Source: a bacterium
Lineage (GTDB): Bacteria > UBA10199 > 2-02-FULL-44-16 > JAAZCA01
Direction: 5' to 3'
DNA length: 64,000 nt
Assembly (NCBI GenBank): GCA_963674695.2
Contig: CAXXGI010000001.1
Location: 864,001-928,000 of the forward strand
Shown piece by piece: positions 48,764 to 57,604 of the stretch. How positions within the stretch are numbered: the stretch's first letter is position 1; each line of letters starts with the position of its first letter. Made by a program: the position numbers and the translations under genes. The notes under the pieces were generated by a model. The model was not told the origin of the DNA. It searched no databases and worked only from the letters and a program-made list of their open reading frames with translations.

Positions 48764-49960
48764 TTAGAAGTCGTACACAAACGCCATGGCGCCACCGTAG
48801 GTGTACTGCCACTGGGTCGCCAGACCCGAGTTGCCACGCGGCTTGACCATGTCAAAACGGCCTTCGAGCTTCAACTTCGCACCGTCGGCGACTGCATACG
48901 AACCAGCCAGGGCGATCTGATGCATCGTCTGGGCTGCGCCGGTCAGGTTGCAGTTGAAATACTGCGTCTGCAGGCCAACACCGTTCACGTTGCTACGCTG
49001 CTGCGCGAACGCATACTTCAAGGTGCCATCCCAAACATCGCTGAAGACGTAGTGCAGGTTCAGCAAAGCGGCGAAGTTGGTGATGTTGTTGCCGGCCACG
49101 ACGTTCGTCGTCTTCGTGACGGCGTTGTTGCGGGAGTACAGACCCTCGAGACCGAGAGCGAAGGACTCCGTGATCCACCAGTTCAGATCGAGGTCGCCCA
49201 AATACGTGAAATGCTTGTTCGACACGCGCGATTCCGGACCGAACATACCGGAGATACCGAGCGTGCTCTCGGTGCCTTCGTCGCCCCAGTTGAAACCGAG
49301 ACGGAAGCCCAAGCTCGGGATGTCGCTGCCCTTGACCAGGCTGTCCTGATAGAGGGTGTTCACGACGTAGAAGTGCAGGTCGACCAGATCAGAGAAAGCA
49401 TAGTAGATCTTCGCACCGGTCATGTTCGCCGGACGCAGGCCTTCCACCAACACGGACTTCGAGATGGTGTCGTTCTCAGCATTGTCGACTGCTTCGAAAC
49501 CGACCGGGGCGTTGAAGCGACCGATCAAGAATTCGATGCCATTGCCAACCGGAATGTTGGCCGTAGCATAGGCCTGCTCGAGCACGAAACCGCCGGCCGG
49601 ATAACCGAGACCTGACGAGTTGAAACGTGCGAAATCGAGGTCGGCACGCAAGCGGACGTTCTCGCCGAAGGACTTCATGAGGTCGAGTTCAACCTCATCG
49701 ACGAAGAATGAAAAATGATCCGTGCGAGCGCCCGGAGCCTGACCGAGCCACTTGCCCAGCACGCCAGGACCGTAGACGTTGTCGCCGTCGTTCGTGGCAT
49801 AGCTGTTGATACGATTGTTGTGGTGCTGATAGCCACCACCGACCATCACATGACCTGCGGCTTCAAAGCCACCGGCCACATAGCGTTCCTGCGCGTTCAC
49901 GGTGGTGGCCGCGAAAGCGACGAGCGCCAATGCGAGTACTATGGTGATAAATTTCTTCAT
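48764..49960 (-). CDS. Outer-membrane beta-barrel protein (putative porin, BBP2/DUF1597-like)
   Basis: Signal peptide; LEQAY...IGRFNAPVGFE..D; terminal VYDF; AAAGGAG RBS. Confidence 0.82.
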   Translation of the reverse strand: MKKFITIVLALALVAFAATTVNAQERYVAGGFEAAGHVMVGGGYQHHNNRINSYATNDGDNVYGPGVLGKWLGQAPGARTDHFSFFVDEVELDLMKSFGENVRLRADLDFARFNSSGLGYPAGGFVLEQAYATANIPVGNGIEFLIGRFNAPVGFEAVDNAENDTISKSVLVEGLRPANMTGAKIYYAFSDLVDLHFYVVNTLYQDSLVKGSDIPSLGFRLGFNWGDEGTESTLGISGMFGPESRVSNKHFTYLGDLDLNWWITESFALGLEGLYSRNNAVTKTTNVVAGNNITNFAALLNLHYVFSDVWDGTLKYAFAQQRSNVNGVGLQTQYFNCNLTGAAQTMHQIALAGSYAVADGAKLKLEGRFDMVKPRGNSGLATQWQYTYGGAMAFVYDF

Positions 49961-50469
49961 GTGGTTCCTCTCCTTTATTCGTTTTCCCGTTTTTCGCTGG
50001 GACTACCCCAGCATGACGGGAGGTCCTACAGGTGTTTCATCACAGATGTCGTACGGAGAACGTCTTCCCTCGGAGCAGCCGTTTCGTGGAGAGGTTTCAC
50101 CTCCTTTCCCGGCCAGTTTTCCGAATTGGATTCGATGGATATCACGTCGTGTCTGTAAAAGAGCGCTACCCTCTTCATTGCCAGCGAGCACAGGGAAAGG
50201 GGCGCATCGCCCGCATCCCACACGCGGACGATTTGGAAAGTGCACCGTCTCTAACGATTCGCCATCCCCCTGTCAAGACGCCGGGATAACAACGCTTTTT
50301 AAAAAAGCCTTATTTCCCGTGCGCTTAAAGAAGGATAAAGTAAATACTTCACTCCTGCAAGCGAAATTACTGTTTCAAAACCCCTTTTCCCTCATAACAC
50401 CAAAAAAGCACCGAAATGACCCCTTTTCCCTTGACGGAGGTCCCGAACGGCATGTAACCATTTGAAATC

Positions 50470-50895
50470 ATGGATAATAATTCGAATGCCCCTCGTATTC
50501 TCGTCGTCGATGACGAACCCGACATCCACACGGTGCTCGGAAAACTGCTCTCGAAGGAGGGCTATGCCGTCGACAGTGCGTATAATGCCGAGGAGGCCTA
50601 CCAGGCGATCACCGAGAACAAACCCGATCTGATCATCCTGGATATCATGATGCCCAAGATCAGCGGCATCGAGGCCTGCAACCAGCTCAAGGCCGATCCG
50701 GCGACCAAGGACATCCTCATCCTCATCGTCTCCGCGCGCGACGCCCAGGCCGACCGGCTCGAAGGGCTCAGCCACGGCGCGGACGACTACGTCTCCAAAC
50801 CCTTCCACCTGCGCTCGCTCGTGCGCAAGATCGAACACATGCTCACCAAGAAACGTGAAGATGACTTCGAGAAGGAAATTACGGTGGAGAAATAA
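50470..50895 (+). CDS. Single-domain response regulator
   Basis: ILVVDDE, PDLIILDIMMP, GADDYVSKPF; no output domain. Confidence 0.93.
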   Translation: MDNNSNAPRILVVDDEPDIHTVLGKLLSKEGYAVDSAYNAEEAYQAITENKPDLIILDIMMPKISGIEACNQLKADPATKDILILIVSARDAQADRLEGLSHGADDYVSKPFHLRSLVRKIEHMLTKKREDDFEKEITVEK

Positions 50896-50911
50896 CCCAT
50901 AAACTGAGGGG

Positions 50912-50983
50912 TGTCATTCCAGCGAAAGCGGGAATCTCGCCTTAAAATGGTCAATCGAGATCCCCGCGTTCGCGGGGATGACA
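50912..50983. repeat. GTCATTCC-type palindromic REP between convergent genes
   Basis: tgtcattccagcgaaagcgggaatctcg...cgagatccccgcgttcgcggggatgaca. Confidence 0.85.
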
Positions 50984-50988
50984 AAACA

Positions 50989-51450
50989 TCACTTCATCTC
51001 AAAGATCCCCGCCAATTCCACACACGCATTGAAGGGCAGGCTTGCCACGCCGACGAGCGTTCGCACGTGTTTTCCGTATGGGCCGAAGATCTGCGTGAAC
51101 AATTCGCTCGCGCCATCGACCACCTTGGCGTGATCGCGAAAGTCCGCACCGCATGCGACAAACCCATCAAGGCGAACGATGCGCCGCACGGCTGTGAGCG
51201 ACCCCTTCCCTTCTCGGGCGACGAGCGCGAGCATCTGCACCGCCGCTGCGCGCGCGGCTGAACGCGCATTGTCCAGGCGCACCTCCACGCCGACGCGCCC
51301 CGGAAACTGGATGCGCCCTTCGGCCTGAGGCAGGACGCCACCGATGTGCAGAAGCTTTCCGACCTTGAGCGCGCCGAGACTCGCGCCCATCTCCACCGGC
51401 GGTTCCGGCAGGTCGATGAAGAGTTCTTCAAAACGTTCGTCGAAGTTCAC
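50989..51450 (-). CDS. RidA/YjgF family protein
   Basis: RIVRLDGFV, VVDGASELF..IFG..GKHVR..VGVASLP..ACVE. Confidence 0.88.
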   Translation of the reverse strand: MNFDERFEELFIDLPEPPVEMGASLGALKVGKLLHIGGVLPQAEGRIQFPGRVGVEVRLDNARSAARAAAVQMLALVAREGKGSLTAVRRIVRLDGFVACGADFRDHAKVVDGASELFTQIFGPYGKHVRTLVGVASLPFNACVELAGIFEMK

Positions 51451-52232
51451 GAGGCCCTCGCCTTCGGCTTATAGATGAAGAGGAAGGCAATCAGCGGCGT
51501 TCCCTTCAGGTTGCGATAGATGCCGATCTCCTGTTCGTGGAAGAATCCGCGCAGCGATTCATCGACGACCGCCTCGCGCACATCGATCACGCGAAAGCCG
51601 GATTGGCGACTCAGGCGATAGTAGTCCTCGAAGCGCTCGATCCCCGAGTCGGCCGGCCGCAAGCGCCCACTCCCCTTTTTGGCGAAGAGTCCGAACGGGT
51701 GATAGTCGATGATCACCCCCTGCCCACCGGGTTCGATCACGCGCCCGATCTCCCGAAAGGCCCGCACCATATCCCCCTGCAGGGTCGTGGCCAGCCGCGC
51801 GACGACATAGGCAAAGCACCCGGGCGGAAAGGGCATGCGCGCGAGTTCCCCGCGCACGACAAACCCTCGCGAGACATCCCCCTGCCGCCCGATGGAGGCC
51901 CCACCGATCTCGAGGCCCACGGCCATGCGCGCTTGAGAGGCCAGCAGCTTTGCCCCCAGAGCAACCGGACCTTCGCCCACTTCGAGGGCATCCTGCCCCT
52001 TGAGCGAGGGGATGGTCCCGAGCAGGACTTTTTCGGAAGCGCTATCGATGAGTTCACGCAAGCGATGGGGCGAGAGCTGGCTCTCCACCGAGAGCACCGG
52101 CTGCACACCGCCGCGGCTCTCCACCCGCATCCGCGCATGTTTCGCCTTGCCGATGATCGCCTCGACATGGTGGCCGAGCCATTCCATCGCGCGCCGGAGC
52201 GTCTGTTCGAATGATTCAGACATTGTCGCCAC
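51447..52232 (-). CDS. Class I SAM-dependent methyltransferase-like protein (start 52232 or 52223)
   Basis: ALEVGEG (motif I variant), VGLEI, MPF...F, FREIGRVIEPGG..IIDYHP. Confidence 0.75.
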   Translation of the reverse strand: MATMSESFEQTLRRAMEWLGHHVEAIIGKAKHARMRVESRGGVQPVLSVESQLSPHRLRELIDSASEKVLLGTIPSLKGQDALEVGEGPVALGAKLLASQARMAVGLEIGGASIGRQGDVSRGFVVRGELARMPFPPGCFAYVVARLATTLQGDMVRAFREIGRVIEPGGQGVIIDYHPFGLFAKKGSGRLRPADSGIERFEDYYRLSRQSGFRVIDVREAVVDESLRGFFHEQEIGIYRNLKGTPLIAFLFIYKPKARAS

Positions 52233-52316
52233 TGTAACGAAAAGAGGCCCTGCTCACAACAGAAACCATTTGAAGTCCATCCAAACGATCCCACAGTTGT
52301 GCTTCCCCAAAAAACC

Positions 52317-52564
52317 CTCTACATAATGTCTGTTGGAAAAGGGGGTTTTGTCGTCATTCCCGCGAAGGCGGGAATCTCGAAGCACTTGTAAATCGAGATT
52401 CCCGCCTTCGCGGGAATGACAAAAAACGGTGAAACCAGCATTTCCCGACAGACTCTACATAGTGCCTGTTGGGAAAAGGGTTTTGTCGTCATTCCCGCGA
52501 AGGCGGGAATCTCGAAGCACTTGTAAATCGAGATTCCCGCCTTCGCGGGAATGACAAAAAACGG
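52317..52564. repeat. Two identical GTCATTCCCGCG REP palindromes (52353-52420, 52488-52555) in a ~135-bp tandem duplication
   Basis: gtcattcccgcgaaggcgggaatctcga-agcacttgtaaa-tcgagattcccgccttcgcgggaatgac occurs twice with similar flanks. Confidence 0.92.
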
Positions 52565-52624
52565 CACTCCCCGACAGGTTCTACATACATAATGATAACG
52601 ATTTCAGCAGAGCGAGGAATATCC

Positions 52625-54178
52625 ATGAAAATTCAACTGATGAAAACCTCTCCCGAGAAATATGCCGCGGACATGATCGTCATCGGCCTCTATGAACGGG
52701 AGCGGGATAGATCCAAGAAGAAGCCTGCGCGCAACACCGCCGTCCTCAAGCATACCGATGGCGGCGTGGCATTGGACCGTGCGCTCAACGGCGGGATCGG
52801 AAAACAGATCAAACAGGAGAACTTCTCGGGGGGTCGGGGGGAAACGATCTGCCTCTTCACGGCCGGGCGTATCCCTGCGCGCTTCGTCCTGCTCGTGGGA
52901 CTCGGCCCCAAAAAGGAATGGAACCAGGAGAAGCTTCGCGAAGCGGGGGCAACCATCGCCCGCCAGGCCGAGGAGGTGCATGCCAAGGAGGTTGCGCTCG
53001 TACTGGAACGCAGCGAGCTGGAGCAGATGACCGCACCCGAACGCGCGCGCGCAATCGCTGAAGGGATGCAGCTGGGCACCTATCGGTTCGACCGCTACAA
53101 GACAACCGATGCCGGAAAACCTCCTCCCGTGAAGAAGCTCACCTTCCTCTATGCCGGAAATGGAAAACCGATCCACGATGCCACCCGCGTTGGAGCGATC
53201 GTCGCCAAGGCGACCTGCTTCGCACGCGACCTGGGAAACCAGGCGGGATCGGACAATACGCCACAGGCCTTGGCCCGCACCGCGCGTCGCATGGTCAAGC
53301 GCGGCAAGCTGCGCTGCACCGTCTGGAATCGCACCGCGATTGCCAAAGCACGTATGGGGGGAGTGTTGGCCGTCGCAAAGGGGTCGAGCGAGCCCCCGGC
53401 CTTCATCCGACTCGACTACAAGCCGACCGGAAAGAGCACAGGACACATCGTCCTCATCGGCAAAGGCGTCACCTTCGATGCGGGAGGCATTTCGCTCAAG
53501 CCCCCGCGCTCGCTTCCCCACATGAAAGACGACATGGGTGGCGCAGCCACAGTGCTCGGCGCCATGCAGGCGATCACAGAGCTCAAACCACGCACGCGCG
53601 TCACCGCGCTGATCCCCGCCGCTGAAAATATGCCGGATGGAGGTGCCTTCAAACCCGACGACATCATCACGATGCGCAGCGGAAAGACCGTCGAGATCAT
53701 CTCGACCGACGCGGAGGGGAGGCTCCTGCTCGCAGATGCGCTCTCGCTCGCGGGTGAACTCAAACCCGACGCCATCATCGACGTGGCCACGCTCACGGGA
53801 GGCGCGGTCTACTGTTGCGGTGAACTCTATACGCTGGTCGTCGGAACCAACCAACGCCTCGTCGATCGATTGCTGCGCGCCAGCAGCATCACCGGTGAAC
53901 GCGTCTGGCAACTCCCCCTGGTCGAGGAATACCGGAAAGGATTCACCACCGGCATCGCGGATCTGCGCAACACGGGAAAGTCCAAGGCACAGACGATCAA
54001 CGGCGCCATCTTCTTAAAGGAGTTCGTGGACGAGAAGATCCCGTGGGTGCATCTGGACATTGCGGCCTCCTCGTTGGCGGAGGAGGAACTGCCGCTATCA
54101 CCGCAGGGTCCAACCGGCGCCATGGTGCGCACGCTCGTGCAGTTGGTGATGGATTATCGAAAGCGGATCACGGATTGA
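52625..54178 (+). CDS. pepA: Leucyl aminopeptidase (M17)
   Basis: IGKGVTFDAGGISLK, MKDDMGG, AENMP, STDAEGRLLLAD, WVHLDIA. Confidence 0.95.
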   Translation: MKIQLMKTSPEKYAADMIVIGLYERERDRSKKKPARNTAVLKHTDGGVALDRALNGGIGKQIKQENFSGGRGETICLFTAGRIPARFVLLVGLGPKKEWNQEKLREAGATIARQAEEVHAKEVALVLERSELEQMTAPERARAIAEGMQLGTYRFDRYKTTDAGKPPPVKKLTFLYAGNGKPIHDATRVGAIVAKATCFARDLGNQAGSDNTPQALARTARRMVKRGKLRCTVWNRTAIAKARMGGVLAVAKGSSEPPAFIRLDYKPTGKSTGHIVLIGKGVTFDAGGISLKPPRSLPHMKDDMGGAATVLGAMQAITELKPRTRVTALIPAAENMPDGGAFKPDDIITMRSGKTVEIISTDAEGRLLLADALSLAGELKPDAIIDVATLTGGAVYCCGELYTLVVGTNQRLVDRLLRASSITGERVWQLPLVEEYRKGFTTGIADLRNTGKSKAQTINGAIFLKEFVDEKIPWVHLDIAASSLAEEELPLSPQGPTGAMVRTLVQLVMDYRKRITD

Positions 54179-54180
54179 TC

Positions 54181-54414
54181 TCACCCAAAAAATTTGGTGC
54201 GAGCAGGGGAGAGCGGGGTCTTCGATTGAGACTTGCCCGCCTTCATCGCCTTGTTGGGAGCATCGGAGACGAACTCACTGCGCGAGTGATTGAAGAAGGC
54301 GACCGCACTGCCCTCCTCGTCTTGACCCTCGTTCACGAGCGAGACGAAGCGCCTGTCCTGGGCAACGGAGGTCGTAGGCTTGGTCATCACGTTTTTTGGA
54401 ACCTTGTTCACCAT
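54181..54414 (-). CDS. Hypothetical small protein
   Basis: 77-aa ORF filling the gap, with a GGGAG RBS and the recurrent promoter motif upstream. Confidence 0.55.
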   Translation of the reverse strand: MVNKVPKNVMTKPTTSVAQDRRFVSLVNEGQDEEGSAVAFFNHSRSEFVSDAPNKAMKAGKSQSKTPLSPARTKFFG

Positions 54415-54453
54415 GGACAGAAGTCTCCCGTGGATGCACCTCTCCTATAGCTA

Positions 54454-54481
54454 TTATCGGCAGCTTTGCCCCAAATGTTGC
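54454..54481 (-). promoter_or_regulatory. Putative sigma28-like promoter GCAAC-N15-GCCGATAA
   Basis: Exact FliA -10 consensus GCCGATAA about 40 nt upstream of the ATG at 54414. Confidence 0.6.
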
Positions 54482-54545
54482 GTGGGAAATGTAGCGACGG
54501 GAAAAAACACAATTCCTTAATAATATCAAATAGATATAAGAATAT

Positions 54546-55031
54546 TCACCGAACGGGATGGGTGAAATCCTGCTCCAGAGACGCAATGCGTTCGGTCAGC
54601 CATCCGAGCCGAACCGAGCCGGTCTCCTCGATGAGCGGCAGCCAGGGCTTGATGTCGAGCACCGCCGTCCCCTCGATGAGGTCGAGGCCGCGCACATGCA
54701 GCACACCCCCCTCGATGCGTTCGAGGCGCACGGTCGTAAGGGCGATCGGGTTGGGGCGATCGGGCGAGCGCGTCGAGAAGACGCCGCGCGGCTGCGTGTC
54801 CCACGGCGGATGTGCGGTGAGACTATCGCGCCGTCCCTGATGCAGATAGGCCACGATGATGATGTGAGAAAATCCGTCGAGATCGGCGAGCCCCCCGTGA
54901 TACGCGGGATCGATCTCCACCGTCCCGACGATCTCCTTCTTTCGTGCATACGGCCCCTTGGGCACATCGGTCCGATCGCAAAAAGGGGAATGAACGACAC
55001 CGATGGGTGTAAAGGCAATATTCTCCGTCAT
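54546..55031 (-). CDS. tsaA: tRNA m6t6A37 methyltransferase TrmO/TsaA
   Basis: PIGVVHSPF, GLADLDGFSH, RGVFSTRSPDRPNPIALT, GLDLIEGTAVLDIKP. Confidence 0.93.
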   Translation of the reverse strand: MTENIAFTPIGVVHSPFCDRTDVPKGPYARKKEIVGTVEIDPAYHGGLADLDGFSHIIIVAYLHQGRRDSLTAHPPWDTQPRGVFSTRSPDRPNPIALTTVRLERIEGGVLHVRGLDLIEGTAVLDIKPWLPLIEETGSVRLGWLTERIASLEQDFTHPVR

Positions 55032-55120
55032 CGTTCACCTCGCTTAAAAAAATGTTGTCACAGCGTTCCCGATCGGGGAAGAGAACGCAAATGGATTTCG
55101 ATTCGAAAAAGGAACGCCCT

Positions 55121-55600
55121 ATGAATGCCAACGACGTGATCACCATGCTCAAGCTCGAACCGCTTCCCGAGGAGGGAGGGTTCTATCGGGAAACGCATCG
55201 TGCCCCCCAGACCATCGAGGGGAGGAGCATCTCGACATGCATCCTTTTCCTGCAGACGCCCCAGGAGTTCTCGGCGTTTCACCTGCTGAAAAGCAGCGAT
55301 GAAATCTGGCACTTCTCCGCCGGCGACCCGATCGATCTCGTGTTGATCGACAACGACAGCGGACAGGCGCAGCACATCACACTGGGTTCGAATCTCGCAA
55401 AGGGGCAGGTCCCGCAATGGATCGTTCCGGCCGGCACGTGGTTCGCCTCGCGGCTCCAAGACGACGGCGCGTGGGGACTCGTCGGATGCACGGTCACACC
55501 CGGATTTACATTCGATGATTTCGTGATCGGGAATCGCGAGAAACTGCTCGCGCGCTATCCGAAAGCAGAAGCCGAGATCCGGGCGCTGACGCGGGGATGA
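55121..55600 (+). CDS. Cupin_5 (DUF985) family protein
   Basis: LEPLPEEGGFYRET, SAFH, SDEIWHF..GDP, VPAGTW, LVGCTVTPGF.F.DF. Confidence 0.9.
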   Translation: MNANDVITMLKLEPLPEEGGFYRETHRAPQTIEGRSISTCILFLQTPQEFSAFHLLKSSDEIWHFSAGDPIDLVLIDNDSGQAQHITLGSNLAKGQVPQWIVPAGTWFASRLQDDGAWGLVGCTVTPGFTFDDFVIGNREKLLARYPKAEAEIRALTRG

Positions 55601-55624
55601 ACAGCCCTCACTGAAGAGGGCCAA

Positions 55625-55936
55625 TCACTTCAGTTCAATCTTTCTCTTTTCGGGATCCGCATGCTGGCGATAGAAGATCGCCTGATGGCCGATCATACCG
55701 ACGCATTCTGAGGAGGTTGCCTCCTCTATTTTCGCTGAGAGCTCTTTCTTCTGTTCCTTCTCCTTAAAATCGACAAAGCTCAGTTTGATGAGCTCGTGCG
55801 TATCGAGCGCCGCATCGATCGCACCGATCACCGACGGCACCAGCCCCTGCTTGCCGATGGAGACCACGGGCTTGATGCCATGTGCAAGTCCACGCAATAA
55901 TTTTCGCTGCGACCCTTTCAACTTTTCCATGATCAT
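55625..55936 (-). CDS. yhbY: YhbY/CRM RNA-binding protein
   Basis: QRKLLRGLAH.IKPVV.IGKQG, ALDTHELIK, IGHQAIFYR. Confidence 0.92.
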   Translation of the reverse strand: MIMEKLKGSQRKLLRGLAHGIKPVVSIGKQGLVPSVIGAIDAALDTHELIKLSFVDFKEKEQKKELSAKIEEATSSECVGMIGHQAIFYRQHADPEKRKIELK

Positions 55937-56043
55937 CTCCTCGCTGCCGTCGGAGTGGTCGTGCCGCTTCCACTGCCGCCACAGGCAGCAACCACCGCCA
56001 CGCTCAGCCCTGCCCGTATCATCGCGATACGCTTGAAATTCAT
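55933..56043 (-). CDS. 36-aa mini-lipoprotein-like ORF (not in the ORF track)
   Basis: MNFKRIAMIRAGLSVAVVAAC-GGSGSGTTTPTAARR. G-rich RBS; the stop overlaps the yhbY ATG (ATGA). Confidence 0.45.
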   Translation of the reverse strand: MNFKRIAMIRAGLSVAVVAACGGSGSGTTTPTAARR

Positions 56044-56201
56044 ACCCCCCCTGCCTCAATAAAGGCAGATTAATCGACGCAGCCCAAGAGAACAAATAGA
56101 TTCCTCCGCAACGAGAACCAATCATTTTGGGGCCTGCGAATGGATATTGATAACAACTTGATATTCATGTAAAAATGAAACTCATTTCGAAGGAGACCCC
56201 C

Positions 56202-57461
56202 ATGCATTCCGTCATGAAGAAACTCTCTCTCGCCGTCGTCCTGCTCATCGCGACCCTGCCTTCCTTGCCGTCGTTCGCCCTCACCAAGGGCTTCCAGGCT
56301 GTTTCCCTCAACCCGGCGACAGACGGCGGCCCCTATATCGGCATCTGGGGGAGCGATAATCTCGGTCAACTCGAGTGGGAACTGGGCACGCTCGGCGTCT
56401 ACGCCTATCGTCCGCTGCAACTCACGGCGGGCGGCAATCGGGTACGTGGCATTCTCGACAACACGATCGTGCAACATTTTTACGGACAACTCGGCGTGAT
56501 CGATCGCTGGCTCTCCATAGGCTTCGACCTGCCGATGGGCTGGTGGGCGCAGTTCCGCGACCCGAACGTCGCCGGTGCGACGAATCAAAACAAGGTCGTG
56601 GTCGGCGACGCCACCATCAACTTCAAGTCAGAGCTGGTCAAAACCGAGACGTTCGGCCTGGCCCTGCGCCCGTTTCTCACGATTCCCACAGGATATGGGA
56701 AGGAATTCTTTGGCAATGGCACCGTCACCGGCGGCGGAACATTCATCGCCGAGGTGACGCCGATCAAACGGTGGTCGATTGCGCTCAACGCGGGCGTGCA
56801 GGGGAGGCAGGAATTCAATTTTCGCGACATCAAGAAGGATACGCAGCTCGAACTCGGGCTCGGCACGACGGTGCAGATTGCCAGCCCCGTATCGCTCGTC
56901 GCAGAAGTAGCAACGACCACGCGTTTCATGGATCCCTTCGGTGAAAAGGTCGAAACGCCGACCGAGGCGCGTGGAGCGGTGAAGTGGAAGATCGGCAAGA
57001 CGGGACTGCTCGCCAGCGCTGGCGGCACCGCAGGCATCGTTCGCGGTTCTGGCGCTCCAACGTACAGCATCTTTGCGGGGTTGAGCTTCTCACCGCGGAG
57101 GCGCCCCCATCGCGCAAAGCGATCCGCACTCGATTTCAGCGACTACACCGTGCACTTCGCATCGAACAGCGCCCAGATCACCGAAACTGAAAATGCTGAC
57201 AAGATTTGCGACCTCTCCGATAAAATCCGCGACACGAAGATTGACCTCCTCATTGAGGGCTACACGGATTCAACGGGAACTGCGAAGTTCAACGAAACGC
57301 TCTCGAAGAAACGCGCCGACAAGGTCGCGTGGTTCTTAAAGCTCCTCGGCATCAAGCCATCGCGCATAACGAGCATGGGTAAGGGCGAGGCGAATCCAGC
57401 GGAGAGCAACGAGACCCGAGCGGGGCGCGCCGCCAATCGACGTGTGGAATTTTCTCAATAA
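56202..57461 (+). CDS. OmpA-family outer-membrane protein (N-terminal beta-barrel plus OmpA C-terminal domain)
   Basis: Signal peptide; VHFASNS, IEGYTDSTG..FNETLSKKRA, GKGE..P..N....GRAANRRVE; AAGGAG RBS. Confidence 0.9.
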   Translation: MHSVMKKLSLAVVLLIATLPSLPSFALTKGFQAVSLNPATDGGPYIGIWGSDNLGQLEWELGTLGVYAYRPLQLTAGGNRVRGILDNTIVQHFYGQLGVIDRWLSIGFDLPMGWWAQFRDPNVAGATNQNKVVVGDATINFKSELVKTETFGLALRPFLTIPTGYGKEFFGNGTVTGGGTFIAEVTPIKRWSIALNAGVQGRQEFNFRDIKKDTQLELGLGTTVQIASPVSLVAEVATTTRFMDPFGEKVETPTEARGAVKWKIGKTGLLASAGGTAGIVRGSGAPTYSIFAGLSFSPRRRPHRAKRSALDFSDYTVHFASNSAQITETENADKICDLSDKIRDTKIDLLIEGYTDSTGTAKFNETLSKKRADKVAWFLKLLGIKPSRITSMGKGEANPAESNETRAGRAANRRVEFSQ

Positions 57462-57604
57462 AGAACCACTCGCCTGAAGATATCCGACGGATCGTCGCAA
57501 TGCTCGCAACGGGCAGGATACAGCGGAAACAGACTATCCGGGGAAATGATTGATAACGCACTGTTATGAATGTATATTTTACACATCCTTCCAAAGGAGG
57601 GAAC

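Noticed and set aside
57462-57555. Possible gene remnant (…IRRIVAMLATGR…) between ompA and the lipoprotein gene
   Set aside because: Too short and without a start; the resemblance to any family cannot be supported by eye.
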